A stretch of DNA of 35,018 nucleotides from Planctomycetota bacterium (lineage in GTDB: Bacteria; Planctomycetota; UBA8108; UBA1146): NCBI GenBank assembly GCA_036338595.1, contig JAYZBV010000012.1, positions 1 to 35,018 of the forward strand, written 5' to 3'. Positions 1 through 8,681 of the stretch are shown here, in pieces. Made by a program: the position numbers and the translations under genes. Position 1 is the stretch's first letter, and the number at the start of each line of letters is the position of its first letter. Below the pieces are notes generated by a model that was not told the DNA's origin, searched no databases, and was given only the letters and a program-made list of their open reading frames with translations.

Positions 1-1
1 G

Positions 2-613
2 ATTCAACTCGATCTTCGATGCGGCGGTCGCAGTGGAGTAGTTACTGGGATCCGCGATCTCATCGGAGGAATAACGACCGAACTCATCTCGCAGAACGGA
101 ACGAGCATAGGCACGGACCCAGTTGCGTTTGAAAGCATCGCCGGCACCGCTGTCCTGCAATACCACCGCTGCTGCCGATGGAATCAACTGGTACTGGATC
201 ACCATCTCGTCGAAGCGAAAAGATGAACCATCACTGGCTCGAATCGAGAGTTCCCGGACATGATTGAAATCTATATCCTGCTTACCCCGCATCACGAACT
301 CGTTGGGCGCCTTGTCGAGGATGAATGCCTCATTGGCCCAGGGCATGAAGATGGTGACCCCCGGAGTGGTGATGATCGTCTCTTCACCGGTCACATAGTT
401 GACGAGCACCGCAATTTCGGTATCGGCGATGTCAACGATTCCACCCTTGCCACTGACAAAGACGTACACCACGAATGCCAGCAACATCAACATGATAGTG
501 AGGGGGATCATTCCTCTCGGCGGGGTGAAGCCTTTCGCTGCCCCCCTGCCACCGGAACGATTTCCTGGCGGTGGTGGCCACCCCTCTGGAATATTCTTCT
601 CATCTGCAGCCAT
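2..613 (-). CDS. SPFH/Band-7 (HflK/HflC/prohibitin-like) membrane protein, 3' end beyond the window edge
   Basis: Absent from the ORF track because there is no stop in the window. Manual translation from ATG at 613 (RBS GGAAGGAG upstream): MAADEKNIPEGWPPPPGNRSGGRGAAKGFTPPRGMIPLTIMLMLLAFVVYVFVSGKGGIVDIADTEIAVLVNYVTGEETIITTPGVTIFMPW...RELSIRASDGSSFRFDEMVIQYQL...WVRAYARSVLRDEFG. One TM helix followed by the SPFH-type pattern. Confidence 0.75.
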   Translation of the reverse strand, partial: MAADEKNIPEGWPPPPGNRSGGRGAAKGFTPPRGMIPLTIMLMLLAFVVYVFVSGKGGIVDIADTEIAVLVNYVTGEETIITTPGVTIFMPWANEAFILDKAPNEFVMRGKQDIDFNHVRELSIRASDGSSFRFDEMVIQYQLIPSAAAVVLQDSGAGDAFKRNWVRAYARSVLRDEFGRYSSDEIADPSNYSTATAASKIELN

Positions 614-695
614 TGCGGCACTCCTTCCCCCGTCGGGTTCCGCTGGGATTTTGCTGTATCATAGGGTCAGAATCGGTCCCCACAAGGAGAGCGAA

Positions 696-1631
696 TCAGT
701 CAAGAATCGATTGTCCCAGAGCACTGGCGATGATCCCCACGCCAACCTCCGCCGTGCGGTTTCCCTCATCGAGAACCGGGTTCACCTCGACCAGTTCAAA
801 GGACCGAACCGCCCTGGTTCTTGCAACCATCTCCATCGCCAGATGGGCCTCCCGGTAGGTCAATCCACCCGGCCTGGCAGTACCAGTACCGGGAGCGAAT
901 CTCGGATCAATCACATCGATATCAAAACTCACATGCAGGTGGTCGCAGTCGGTCAGCACCTTTTCCAGAGCCTCTTCCACCACCTCGGGAAGACCCCTTC
1001 TGTCGATGTCTTCCATCGAGTAGGCGGTGATGTCGGATTCCAGGATGCGCCGTTTTTCATCGGGGTCCAGTTCTCGCAAACCCAGCTGCACCACTCGATG
1101 GGGAGCGATCTTTGGTCCTGCAAAACCGATATCGACCAGCGAGGAGGGGCCTTTCCCCAGCAAGCACGCCAGCGGCATTCCGTGAATGTTGCCGGTTGGC
1201 GAGGTGTCGGGAGTGTTCAGGTCGGCATGAGCGTCAAACCACAGCACTCCGACCTTGGGTGGGCTTGTTGCTCCCGCCTCCTGCAGGTGGCTGGAAACGC
1301 CCGAGATGGTACCGATGGCGATGGAGTGATCGCCGCCCAGTACGAGCGGGAAACTGCCCGCAGTGAGAGCGCTCTCTACCTTTTCGGCGAGTTGAGTACA
1401 GGCGGACTCCACGACCCCCAGGAAGCGCTGCGATGGATCCCCAGCGTGGCTCGCCTCCGGGATGGGTACGAAGATATCGCCACCATCTATGGAGTTGATT
1501 TCGGCTCGTTGGAGCGCCTCTTCCAGTCCTGCAATGCGCAGGGCCGAAGGTCCCATCGAAACTCCACGTCGTCCCGCTCCATGATCGAGAGGCATTCCGA
1601 TGATCTCGACTTTCAGATCGCTGGAGTTCAT
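696..1631 (-). CDS. rocF: Arginase (ureohydrolase family, binuclear Mn)
   Basis: Motifs GGDHS, DAHADLN, SPTGNIHGMP, SFDIDVIDP, PGTGT, ELVEVNP; 311 aa; ATG overlaps the upstream stop (ATGA at 1628-1631). Confidence 0.93.
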   Translation of the reverse strand: MNSSDLKVEIIGMPLDHGAGRRGVSMGPSALRIAGLEEALQRAEINSIDGGDIFVPIPEASHAGDPSQRFLGVVESACTQLAEKVESALTAGSFPLVLGGDHSIAIGTISGVSSHLQEAGATSPPKVGVLWFDAHADLNTPDTSPTGNIHGMPLACLLGKGPSSLVDIGFAGPKIAPHRVVQLGLRELDPDEKRRILESDITAYSMEDIDRRGLPEVVEEALEKVLTDCDHLHVSFDIDVIDPRFAPGTGTARPGGLTYREAHLAMEMVARTRAVRSFELVEVNPVLDEGNRTAEVGVGIIASALGQSILD

Positions 1632-2701
1632 CTGGGTACTCCCTGCTTCTCATCCGATCCGGACTTCTCTTGACTCTTGCGGAGGCTTCCGAGCCTCTTC
1701 GCCATCAGATCGATCCTGTTCTTCAGATCGGGCCTCGACCCGAATGACTGGCGGTAGACGGTCAACGCCCTGGCAGCCACCTCAACATCTTTTGCCTGCA
1801 TGGCACCTTCGAACACCAGCCTCCAGTAGTCGGAGAAGATACCGGCGCGAGGATCGTCGAGGACCAGGCCCTGGCGGTAGATCTCCAGCATCTTCCCGGC
1901 AGCAAGATGGAACTCGCTGGTTCGAGCTGCAGTGTCGGACCTGGGGATCTTGCGGATCTTGGCGACATAGTCCTGGAGAAGCTGGGTGACAGGCTTGACG
2001 GCTCGCCAGCGTCGATAACGCTGCGTGAGTTGCTTTGAAACACCCGGCTCCTCGATGAGGCGATCGAGTTGGGCCAGTGGAGTCGATCGGACTTCCAGGA
2101 TCGATTCGACAACCTTCAACGAGGCCTGTGAACCGCTGTCTTCAGGATCGGCCTTGACTGCCGAGCGCAGATCCAGGAGTTCCTGTACCACTTCCAGGGA
2201 TGTACGAAGTCTTTTCTCCGTGTTGGGGCGAAATGCCCCCGCAGTGTCATTGCGGAGGATGACCTTGCCATCCGTGTCCATGATCACACATGTGGGAAAA
2301 GAGCGCGATCCGATGGCACGCAACAGCCCCTGATCCGGTTTGTCGGGAAGCTGGGCACTGATGTTCACATAAGGAACAAATGTAGCCGAGGCCTTCTTCC
2401 ACCATGCGGACTGGAGAGGTCCCCCCTCCAGAGCTTTGCAAGGCGGTCACGGTGAGTAGGAGCGAGTGAAGTAGGCCACGATCGGGAGGTTATCCCTGCG
2501 CGCCCGTTCCCTGGCCGCATCGAGTGTTCGTTCCCAGGTGACGTGCTTGAGAAATGCTGAGCTCTGCTTCTTCTGGTAGCGATTTTCAAGTTCAGATCGA
2601 GAAACCTGAGCATCGATGAGGCCGGGAGCCAGTATCAGCAGCAATACTGCCAGAGATCCATAGCAAGTGCGCAATTCTCTCTCTCCCTTCTCGAGCAGCA
2701 T
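1628..2701 (-). CDS. Exported thioredoxin-fold protein with UxxC motif and C-terminal helical region; probable selenoprotein (in-frame TGA at 2447-2449)
   Basis: ORFs 2447..2701 and 1628..2368 are in frame with an open 78-nt gap. Joined translation: signal peptide...WERTLDAARERARRDNLPIVAYFTRSYSP-[TGA]-PPCKALEGGPLQSAWWKKASATFVPYVNISAQ...SRSFPTCVIMDTDGKVI. This gives a Trx-like N-terminal strand, UxxC, cis-Pro loop (FPT) and DxxGK hairpin. Start is ATG 2701 or TTG 2674 (purine-rich AAGGGAGAG upstream). Confidence 0.8.
2405..2446 (-). promoter_or_regulatory. Putative bacterial SECIS element downstream of the in-frame UGA
   Basis: mRNA after UGA: CCGCCUUGCAAAGCU-CUGGAGGGG-GGA-CCUCUCCAG-UCCGCA. 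9-bp stem (2411-2431, one G-U) beginning 15 nt after UGA, small G-leading apical loop, possible lower UGC/GCA pairing. Confidence 0.65.
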
Positions 2702-2794
2702 TGGTTGCGGAGTGGTGCTGGCTTCGCTAGTCCCGGTGCTCAGGATAGCATACCTTTCTGGCCACCCTCCACCTCGATCGAAAGGAGATCTGCC

Positions 2795-3331
2795 GTGCCC
2801 TCAACCGATTCAGGCCGGCGGCCCGAGTCCTCTCGCCAGCACCGGCGCCGCCCCGCCATGACCGTTCGTGCTGCCATCGAAGATGACGGGAAGATCCTCT
2901 TCCTCAGGGCACGCGATGAGAGTGCCACCAACCCCGACGGCTGCTGGTATTTCCTTCCAGGGGGCCATGTCGATCACGGTGAGACGCTGGAGCAGGCGCT
3001 GCGCAGGGAGATCAAGGAGGAGGTGGGACTCGAGATCGAAAATTTGCGTCCTGCGTTTCTACGCGAGTTCATCGCGGGTCGGCACCAGCATGGCTCGCCT
3101 GGAATGCCCCAGGATCACCATGTCATCGCCTTGATCTACCGCTGCTGCCCATGCGAGGGATCCACCGCTCGATTCGTGCCAGGTGTCGACGGCACTTCCG
3201 AGGTCGAGAATCTGGCCTGGATGGACTGCGACCAGCTGGAGAACCTCGACATCCGGCCGCCACATCTTCGTCTGGCCCTCGCTTCTACCGGCCAGGATCA
3301 GCAAGCCTTCGAGATCTGGCCGGAAGAGTAG
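2795..3331 (+). CDS. NUDIX hydrolase
   Basis: Nudix box GGHVDHGETLEQALRREIKEEVG. Likely start is GTG 2795 after AAAGGAG (ORF track starts at 2705; ATG 2858 is an alternative). Confidence 0.88.
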   Translation: MPSTDSGRRPESSRQHRRRPAMTVRAAIEDDGKILFLRARDESATNPDGCWYFLPGGHVDHGETLEQALRREIKEEVGLEIENLRPAFLREFIAGRHQHGSPGMPQDHHVIALIYRCCPCEGSTARFVPGVDGTSEVENLAWMDCDQLENLDIRPPHLRLALASTGQDQQAFEIWPEE

Positions 3332-3396
3332 GATCGAGAAGCAGAAACAGATAGGATCATCGCGCCGCCGAAACCCTGAGCACATCATGACGAGGA

Positions 3397-5178
3397 GTGA
3401 GGTTGACCCGGAAAAAAGCCAGTGCTGGGAGCAAGAAGACCGGCAAGGCAAAACGCAAGAGCAACAAGAAGAAGGCGAGCAAGGCCACCTCTCGTAGGCA
3501 AGGCGGGCTCTTCGATTCGACCCCGGAGCCAAAGAGCACCCGGAAGGCCAGCAAGAAAACAGCCCGAAAGAAACCGAAGAGCGCAAAGCCACGATCTTCT
3601 GCGACCATCGATGGTGAGATGGCAAAGGAGATGGCGAAAAAACAGAAGGACATCTCGGTCAGCGAGTTCTTTGCGAAGAATCGTCATCTTCTTGGCTTTG
3701 ACAGCCCCGCCCGCGCCCTGCTGACCACCGTTCGAGAAGCAGTCGACAATTCGCTGGATGCTTGTGAGGAAGCGGGAGTGGTCCCCGATCTCTTCATAGA
3801 GGTCAAGGCCATCACTGCCGACCAACATGTTGTGATCGTGCGCGACAACGGCCCAGGAATCGTACGAGAACAGTTACCAAAAATCTTCGCGCGTCTACTG
3901 TACGGTTCCAAATTCCATGCCCGCAAACAAACTCGCGGTCAGCAAGGGATCGGAATCAGTGCCGCAGGGATGTATGGAAACTTGACGACCGGAAAACCGA
4001 TGAGGGTGATCAGCAAAACCTCACGTCGTAAGCCCGCAGTAGAACTTCTCCTCGCCATCGACATGGCCAAGAACCAACCGATGGTGAAAAGGGAAGTCGA
4101 GATCGATGTGGAGTGGGCTCACGGCACCCAGGTCCAGATCGAACTGGAAGGCACATACAAGAAGGGGAAGCACTCCATCGATTCCTTCCTCGATCAGGTA
4201 TCACTGGCGAACCCTCATGTTCAGATCGAGTACATCAATCCTGTCGATGAACATCCCGTCATCTGGGACAGGGTGACCAAGGTACTCCCGGAAGCGCCGC
4301 GCGAGATTCTCCCCCATCCTCACGGTGTCGAACTGGGCATCTTGATGCAAATGATGAAGGAAACCTCGGCACGAACCGTGAGCGGTTTCATGTGTCAGGA
4401 GTTCTGTCGGGTGACTCCAAATGTGGTCAGAAAGATCAGCGATGAGACGGAGGGACTGGGGCGGAGGATCGACACCGATCGGCACCCCAAGAGACTGTCA
4501 GCTGCCGATGTGAAAATTCTGCACAAAGGAATCCAAGCCACACGCATGATGGCACCACCAACCAACTGTCTTTCGCCCATCGGTGAAGAACTGATGGGGA
4601 AAACTCTTCGAAGGAACTTCAATCCAGAAATTGTCATCACGGTGACTCGCCAGCCCAGTGTTTACCGTGGGAATCCGTTCCAGGTCGAGGCAGGGATCGC
4701 CTGGGGTGGAGAACTCCCCGGAGATGATCTGGCCTCGATCTACAGGTTTGCGAATCGTGTTCCACTCCAGTACGAACAGGGCGCATGCGCAATCACGCAG
4801 TCGATCGTTGCTTCACCGTGGAAAAACTACGAGGTGCAACAAGCCAGAGGAGCGTTACCCACGGGCTCTCTGGCAATCCTCCTGCATATAGCGAGCGTCT
4901 GGGTCCCGTTCACATCGGAGAGCAAGAAAGCGGTAGCCAGCTACGATGAGATTCTCAAGGAGATGCGTCTGGCCATCATGGAGGCAGGCCGGAAACTGGC
5001 CACTCATCTTCGAAAGAAACGGCGGCTCGCTGACGCTGAACGCAAGAAGGATTACATCAAAACCTATATCCCTCAGATCGGCATCGCACTGCAAGAAATC
5101 CTGGAACTGAGCGATACCCAGAGGACCAAGGCTGAAGCAAAACTCGCCGATGTCCTCGAGCGCAGCAGGAAGTTGTGA
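3397..5178 (+). CDS. top6B: DNA topoisomerase VI subunit B (GHKL ATPase), with Lys/Arg-rich N-terminal extension
   Basis: ISVSEFFAKNRHLLGFD, EAVDNSLDACEE, DNGPGI, GSKFH, RGQQGIGIS, PHPHGVELG, RFANRVPL, VPFTSESK are all characteristic of Top6B. Start is GTG 3397 or TTG 3403. Confidence 0.96.
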   Translation: MRLTRKKASAGSKKTGKAKRKSNKKKASKATSRRQGGLFDSTPEPKSTRKASKKTARKKPKSAKPRSSATIDGEMAKEMAKKQKDISVSEFFAKNRHLLGFDSPARALLTTVREAVDNSLDACEEAGVVPDLFIEVKAITADQHVVIVRDNGPGIVREQLPKIFARLLYGSKFHARKQTRGQQGIGISAAGMYGNLTTGKPMRVISKTSRRKPAVELLLAIDMAKNQPMVKREVEIDVEWAHGTQVQIELEGTYKKGKHSIDSFLDQVSLANPHVQIEYINPVDEHPVIWDRVTKVLPEAPREILPHPHGVELGILMQMMKETSARTVSGFMCQEFCRVTPNVVRKISDETEGLGRRIDTDRHPKRLSAADVKILHKGIQATRMMAPPTNCLSPIGEELMGKTLRRNFNPEIVITVTRQPSVYRGNPFQVEAGIAWGGELPGDDLASIYRFANRVPLQYEQGACAITQSIVASPWKNYEVQQARGALPTGSLAILLHIASVWVPFTSESKKAVASYDEILKEMRLAIMEAGRKLATHLRKKRRLADAERKKDYIKTYIPQIGIALQEILELSDTQRTKAEAKLADVLERSRKL

Positions 5179-5190
5179 GGGCGAGATAGA

Positions 5191-6342
5191 ATGAGCAAGA
5201 AGATCGCCAAATCCTACATTGATCGCGTGAAGAGAGAGAACACTCGACGCGACAAGAAAACCGTGGACAGCATCGAAAGAGCAGCTCAGGAGATCTACAA
5301 GAAGATCATGAGAAGGGGAAAACCGACGCTGCGGTTTCCCGTCAGAAGCCTGTCGAATGTTTCATACGACAAGAAAAAGGGTTACCTGGAAATCGGGCGA
5401 GCCCGTAAGGAACGGACCCTGACCGTCAACACGGTCAAGGGATTCGCACAGACGCTTCGAATGATGGGCCTCTCCAGGGAACTGGTACAGACGAACGACT
5501 TTGCGACCAAGCGAGACGTCTACTACCAATCCAAGAACTGGGCAGAGGCCAAGTTCACCGATCAATCCGAATCAGACACGGTGATGGACGACATCGAAGC
5601 ACTCTTCTCGGTCGACGATGTCAGCCGTGAACAGTTGAGATTTGTCCCGGATGAGCACGGCGGTGCAGTTGCGGGAGAGCTCGTGGTGCTCGATCCCGAT
5701 CTCGATACCGGCGAGGTTGAAAGGATCGACTGCACTCGCTTCGGAAGTGGTGCCTATTCGATTCCCTCATCGGTGGAACACCTCAGTTTCGAGACCGATG
5801 CGAAGTTTGTTCTCGCAATAGAGACCGGTGGTATCTTCCAGCGACTGCAGAGCCACAAGTTCTGGAAGAGCTCTGATTGCATCCTGGTCAGCATGGCTGG
5901 CGTCCCCACCCGCTCGACCCGGCGTTTCATCCGGAAATTGAGCGACCAGAAGAAGATTCCCGTCTACGCCTTCGTGGATTGTGATCCCTACGGTATCTCG
6001 AATATCTATCGAACATTGAAGGTCGGTTCTGGAAATGCAGCGCATATCAATCGCTTCTTCTGTGTTCCGAGTGCGTCATTCCTGGGAGTCACACCCCAGG
6101 ACATCATCGACTACAAGCTCCCCACCCATCCCCTCAAGGATGTAGATATCAAGAGAGCCAAGGATGCACTGAAAAACGACCCCTTCTTCCAGAGCAAGAA
6201 GAAGTGGAGTGCTGCTCTTGAACAACTACTCAAGATGGGTGTGAGGGCAGAGCAGCAATCGTTGGCGATGTGGGGCCTGAACTATGTCATCGAAGAGTAC
6301 TTGCCTGCAAAATTGGCAAACCCGGGCAAGTTCCTGCCCTGA
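5191..6342 (+). CDS. top6A: DNA topoisomerase VI subunit A (Spo11-like)
   Basis: Catalytic-Tyr region TKRDVYY, FTDQSESD, TOPRIM Glu (AIETGG), DCDPYG, terminal RAEQQ; directly follows top6B. Confidence 0.96.
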   Translation: MSKKIAKSYIDRVKRENTRRDKKTVDSIERAAQEIYKKIMRRGKPTLRFPVRSLSNVSYDKKKGYLEIGRARKERTLTVNTVKGFAQTLRMMGLSRELVQTNDFATKRDVYYQSKNWAEAKFTDQSESDTVMDDIEALFSVDDVSREQLRFVPDEHGGAVAGELVVLDPDLDTGEVERIDCTRFGSGAYSIPSSVEHLSFETDAKFVLAIETGGIFQRLQSHKFWKSSDCILVSMAGVPTRSTRRFIRKLSDQKKIPVYAFVDCDPYGISNIYRTLKVGSGNAAHINRFFCVPSASFLGVTPQDIIDYKLPTHPLKDVDIKRAKDALKNDPFFQSKKKWSAALEQLLKMGVRAEQQSLAMWGLNYVIEEYLPAKLANPGKFLP

Positions 6343-6391
6343 TCCGGTCAATCTTGAGTACCATGTTGCCGACCAGGAAGAGGAGAGCGTG

Positions 6392-7690
6392 ATGCTTCGT
6401 ACCATTGCGATGTCGATGTCGATGTTGATCCTGTGGACCCCCGCCTCGACTCTTCTTGCCCAGGACGAGTCGACTGGAAGTTCGTGGGTTGAAAGTTACC
6501 TCCCGGAGTCTTTCCAGTCGCAGATCTTCGGCCTCGAACAGTGGCAATGGCTCGCCATCGCAGCTCTCGTGGTGGTGGCATGGATCCTTCAAAAAATCGT
6601 CTCCCACCTCGCTGGCGCGTTCTTCCGCACCCTGATCTCTCGACTGAAGGACGGTGAGCGCACCAGCAAGGTAGTGGCGTCGATCGGCAGATCGATCGGC
6701 TGGTTCGCATCTGCTGGCGTCGTGCACATCTCTGGCCCATCTCTGGCCCTCGGCCCGACGGGAGATGATGTGATCGGCGTCATCGCCAGGGCTCTGGCCA
6801 CCATCGGAGGATTGCTGCTGGCTTACCGACTCGTCGATCTGGTCGGAGCACGCCTCGAAGATTCTGCCTCCAAGACCGATAGCAAGCTCGACGACCAGCT
6901 CGCCCCGATGATCCGTAAGAGTCTCAAGGCACTGGTGACCGTGGGAGCGGCTCTATTTCTCATCCAGAGCACCGGCAAAGACATCATGCCGCTGGTTACC
7001 GGGCTCAGTGTGCTGGGAATCGGCGTCAGTTTTGCTGCAAAGGATACCTTCGCCAATCTTTTCGGATCTCTGACCGTTTTCGCGGATCGCCCCTTCCAGC
7101 TCGGTGACTGGGTCAAGGTTGGCGGAGTCGAGGGCACGGTCGAAGAGATCGGATTCCGTTGCACCAGAATCCGCACCTTCGAGAGTTCCCTTGTCAGTGT
7201 TCCAAACCAGGAACTCGTCAGCGGCATCATCGACAACATGGGACAACGAGACTACCGCCGCTTCAAGACCACCATCGGTGTCCGCTATGAAACTCCAGCC
7301 GACACCATCGAGGCGTTGTGTGCGGGGATCCTCAAGATCGTCGAGGCGAACCCGGACATCGAGTATGAATCAGCCAAGGCGAATCTGGTCAACTTCGGCG
7401 CATCGAGCCTCGACATCATGGTCAATATCAGATTGAGAGTGGCGGACTACTTCGGAGAACTGCGAGCCAAGCAAGCGTTCCTGCTGGAGGTGATTCGCCT
7501 GGCAGAGGAGATGGGAGTCGGGTTTGCATTCCCATCCACCAGCCTCTATCTCGAATCCACTCCGGAAAACCAGTACTCGCTACCTCCAGCAGCATCGCTG
7601 GATCAGTTGAAACAGCAGATAGATCGATTTGGACCCGGTGGAGAATTATCCAGAAGCAGCGGATCTGGAGAGTTCCCCGACCAACGCTAA
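6392..7690 (+). CDS. MscS-family small-conductance mechanosensitive channel
   Basis: Several TM helices, then SFAAKDTFANLFGS, DRPFQLGDWVKV, GTVEEIGFRCTRIRT, VPNQ, FGASSLD, FAFPS. Start placed at ATG 6392 / GTG 6389 after AGGAG. Confidence 0.93.
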   Translation: MLRTIAMSMSMLILWTPASTLLAQDESTGSSWVESYLPESFQSQIFGLEQWQWLAIAALVVVAWILQKIVSHLAGAFFRTLISRLKDGERTSKVVASIGRSIGWFASAGVVHISGPSLALGPTGDDVIGVIARALATIGGLLLAYRLVDLVGARLEDSASKTDSKLDDQLAPMIRKSLKALVTVGAALFLIQSTGKDIMPLVTGLSVLGIGVSFAAKDTFANLFGSLTVFADRPFQLGDWVKVGGVEGTVEEIGFRCTRIRTFESSLVSVPNQELVSGIIDNMGQRDYRRFKTTIGVRYETPADTIEALCAGILKIVEANPDIEYESAKANLVNFGASSLDIMVNIRLRVADYFGELRAKQAFLLEVIRLAEEMGVGFAFPSTSLYLESTPENQYSLPPAASLDQLKQQIDRFGPGGELSRSSGSGEFPDQR

Positions 7691-7692
7691 AC

Positions 7693-8529
7693 TCAGTCCA
7701 GCATCCTTTCGGAGACGAACTTCAACAGCTCATCTGCCGCATCGATATGTACCCAGTGCCCGGCGCCTTCGAAAATCTTGACCGCGATTCGCCCGGACTC
7801 CTGTTCCTGCAGATCTTCCAGCCGACCCCGCGATGTTTCAGATACCACCCTGGACAAACCTCCGATGCAGAATGAGATTCTCTCGAAGCTGGAAGACTCG
7901 ACCAGCGGCCATGCATCGAAGCGATTCTGGTCGAGCAACATCGCCTCCACACGATCGATGTCGAGCGGAAAGCGCAAGCGACCTTCACTCCTGACCAGGT
8001 TCTTCCCCACCCAGCCAGCCACCGAGGCGCCAAAGCCACTGGCATCCAGGGACTGGTCGAACTCGCGTCTCGTCGTGAACTCCATCTTCTGCATCCGGCG
8101 TAACTCATCGAGCAACCTGAGAACTGGCACCCGTTCTCGACGGATGCTGGTCAGATCCAGGGGGCCAGGATCGGCATCGACACTGATCACATGGCGGATC
8201 GATTCGACGCAGGCCCCTAGCTGCAGCGCAATTTTTGATCCAAAGGAATGGCCCATCGCAGCTTCCACCCGGTAGCCCAGTTGACTCGTCAACTCCAGCA
8301 CATCTTCGACGCAGGACTCCAGTCGATCCGGGGGAGATCCTGACGAAGAGCGGCCATGAAGTCGAAGATCAACCGCCATGACCCCCCAGGTCGGATGCAG
8401 GAGTGCTAGATCCCTGGCGAATCCTGCCCAGTTCCCTCCCGAACCGAGGATACCGTGCAGGATCACGGCCCATCGTCGGGGAGGCTGGCTCCCGGAACTC
8501 CTCGCCAGATGATGCAATCTTGCAGTCAC
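7693..8529 (-). CDS. Alpha/beta-fold hydrolase (YbfF/ABHD11-like esterase)
   Basis: HGILGS oxyanion segment, DLRLHGRS, nucleophile elbow GHSFG, catalytic His in GAGHWVH. Confidence 0.9.
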   Translation of the reverse strand: MTARLHHLARSSGSQPPRRWAVILHGILGSGGNWAGFARDLALLHPTWGVMAVDLRLHGRSSSGSPPDRLESCVEDVLELTSQLGYRVEAAMGHSFGSKIALQLGACVESIRHVISVDADPGPLDLTSIRRERVPVLRLLDELRRMQKMEFTTRREFDQSLDASGFGASVAGWVGKNLVRSEGRLRFPLDIDRVEAMLLDQNRFDAWPLVESSSFERISFCIGGLSRVVSETSRGRLEDLQEQESGRIAVKIFEGAGHWVHIDAADELLKFVSERMLD

Positions 8530-8681
8530 TTGCCCTCCCTTCCCTTCAACCCGATCAGTTCATGGTCAGATCCCGAGTCGAGCAATCGATTCTCCGCCCA
8601 GTTCCTTGTGCTTGCTGAAATGCCCCTGAACCGACATGATGGCCACCGAAATCACCATTGCGGTGATGGAAACCGGAGACT

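Noticed and set aside
399..1673. 424-aa plus-strand ORF
   Set aside because: Antisense shadow of arginase and the SPFH gene with no motifs; typical of GC-rich DNA.
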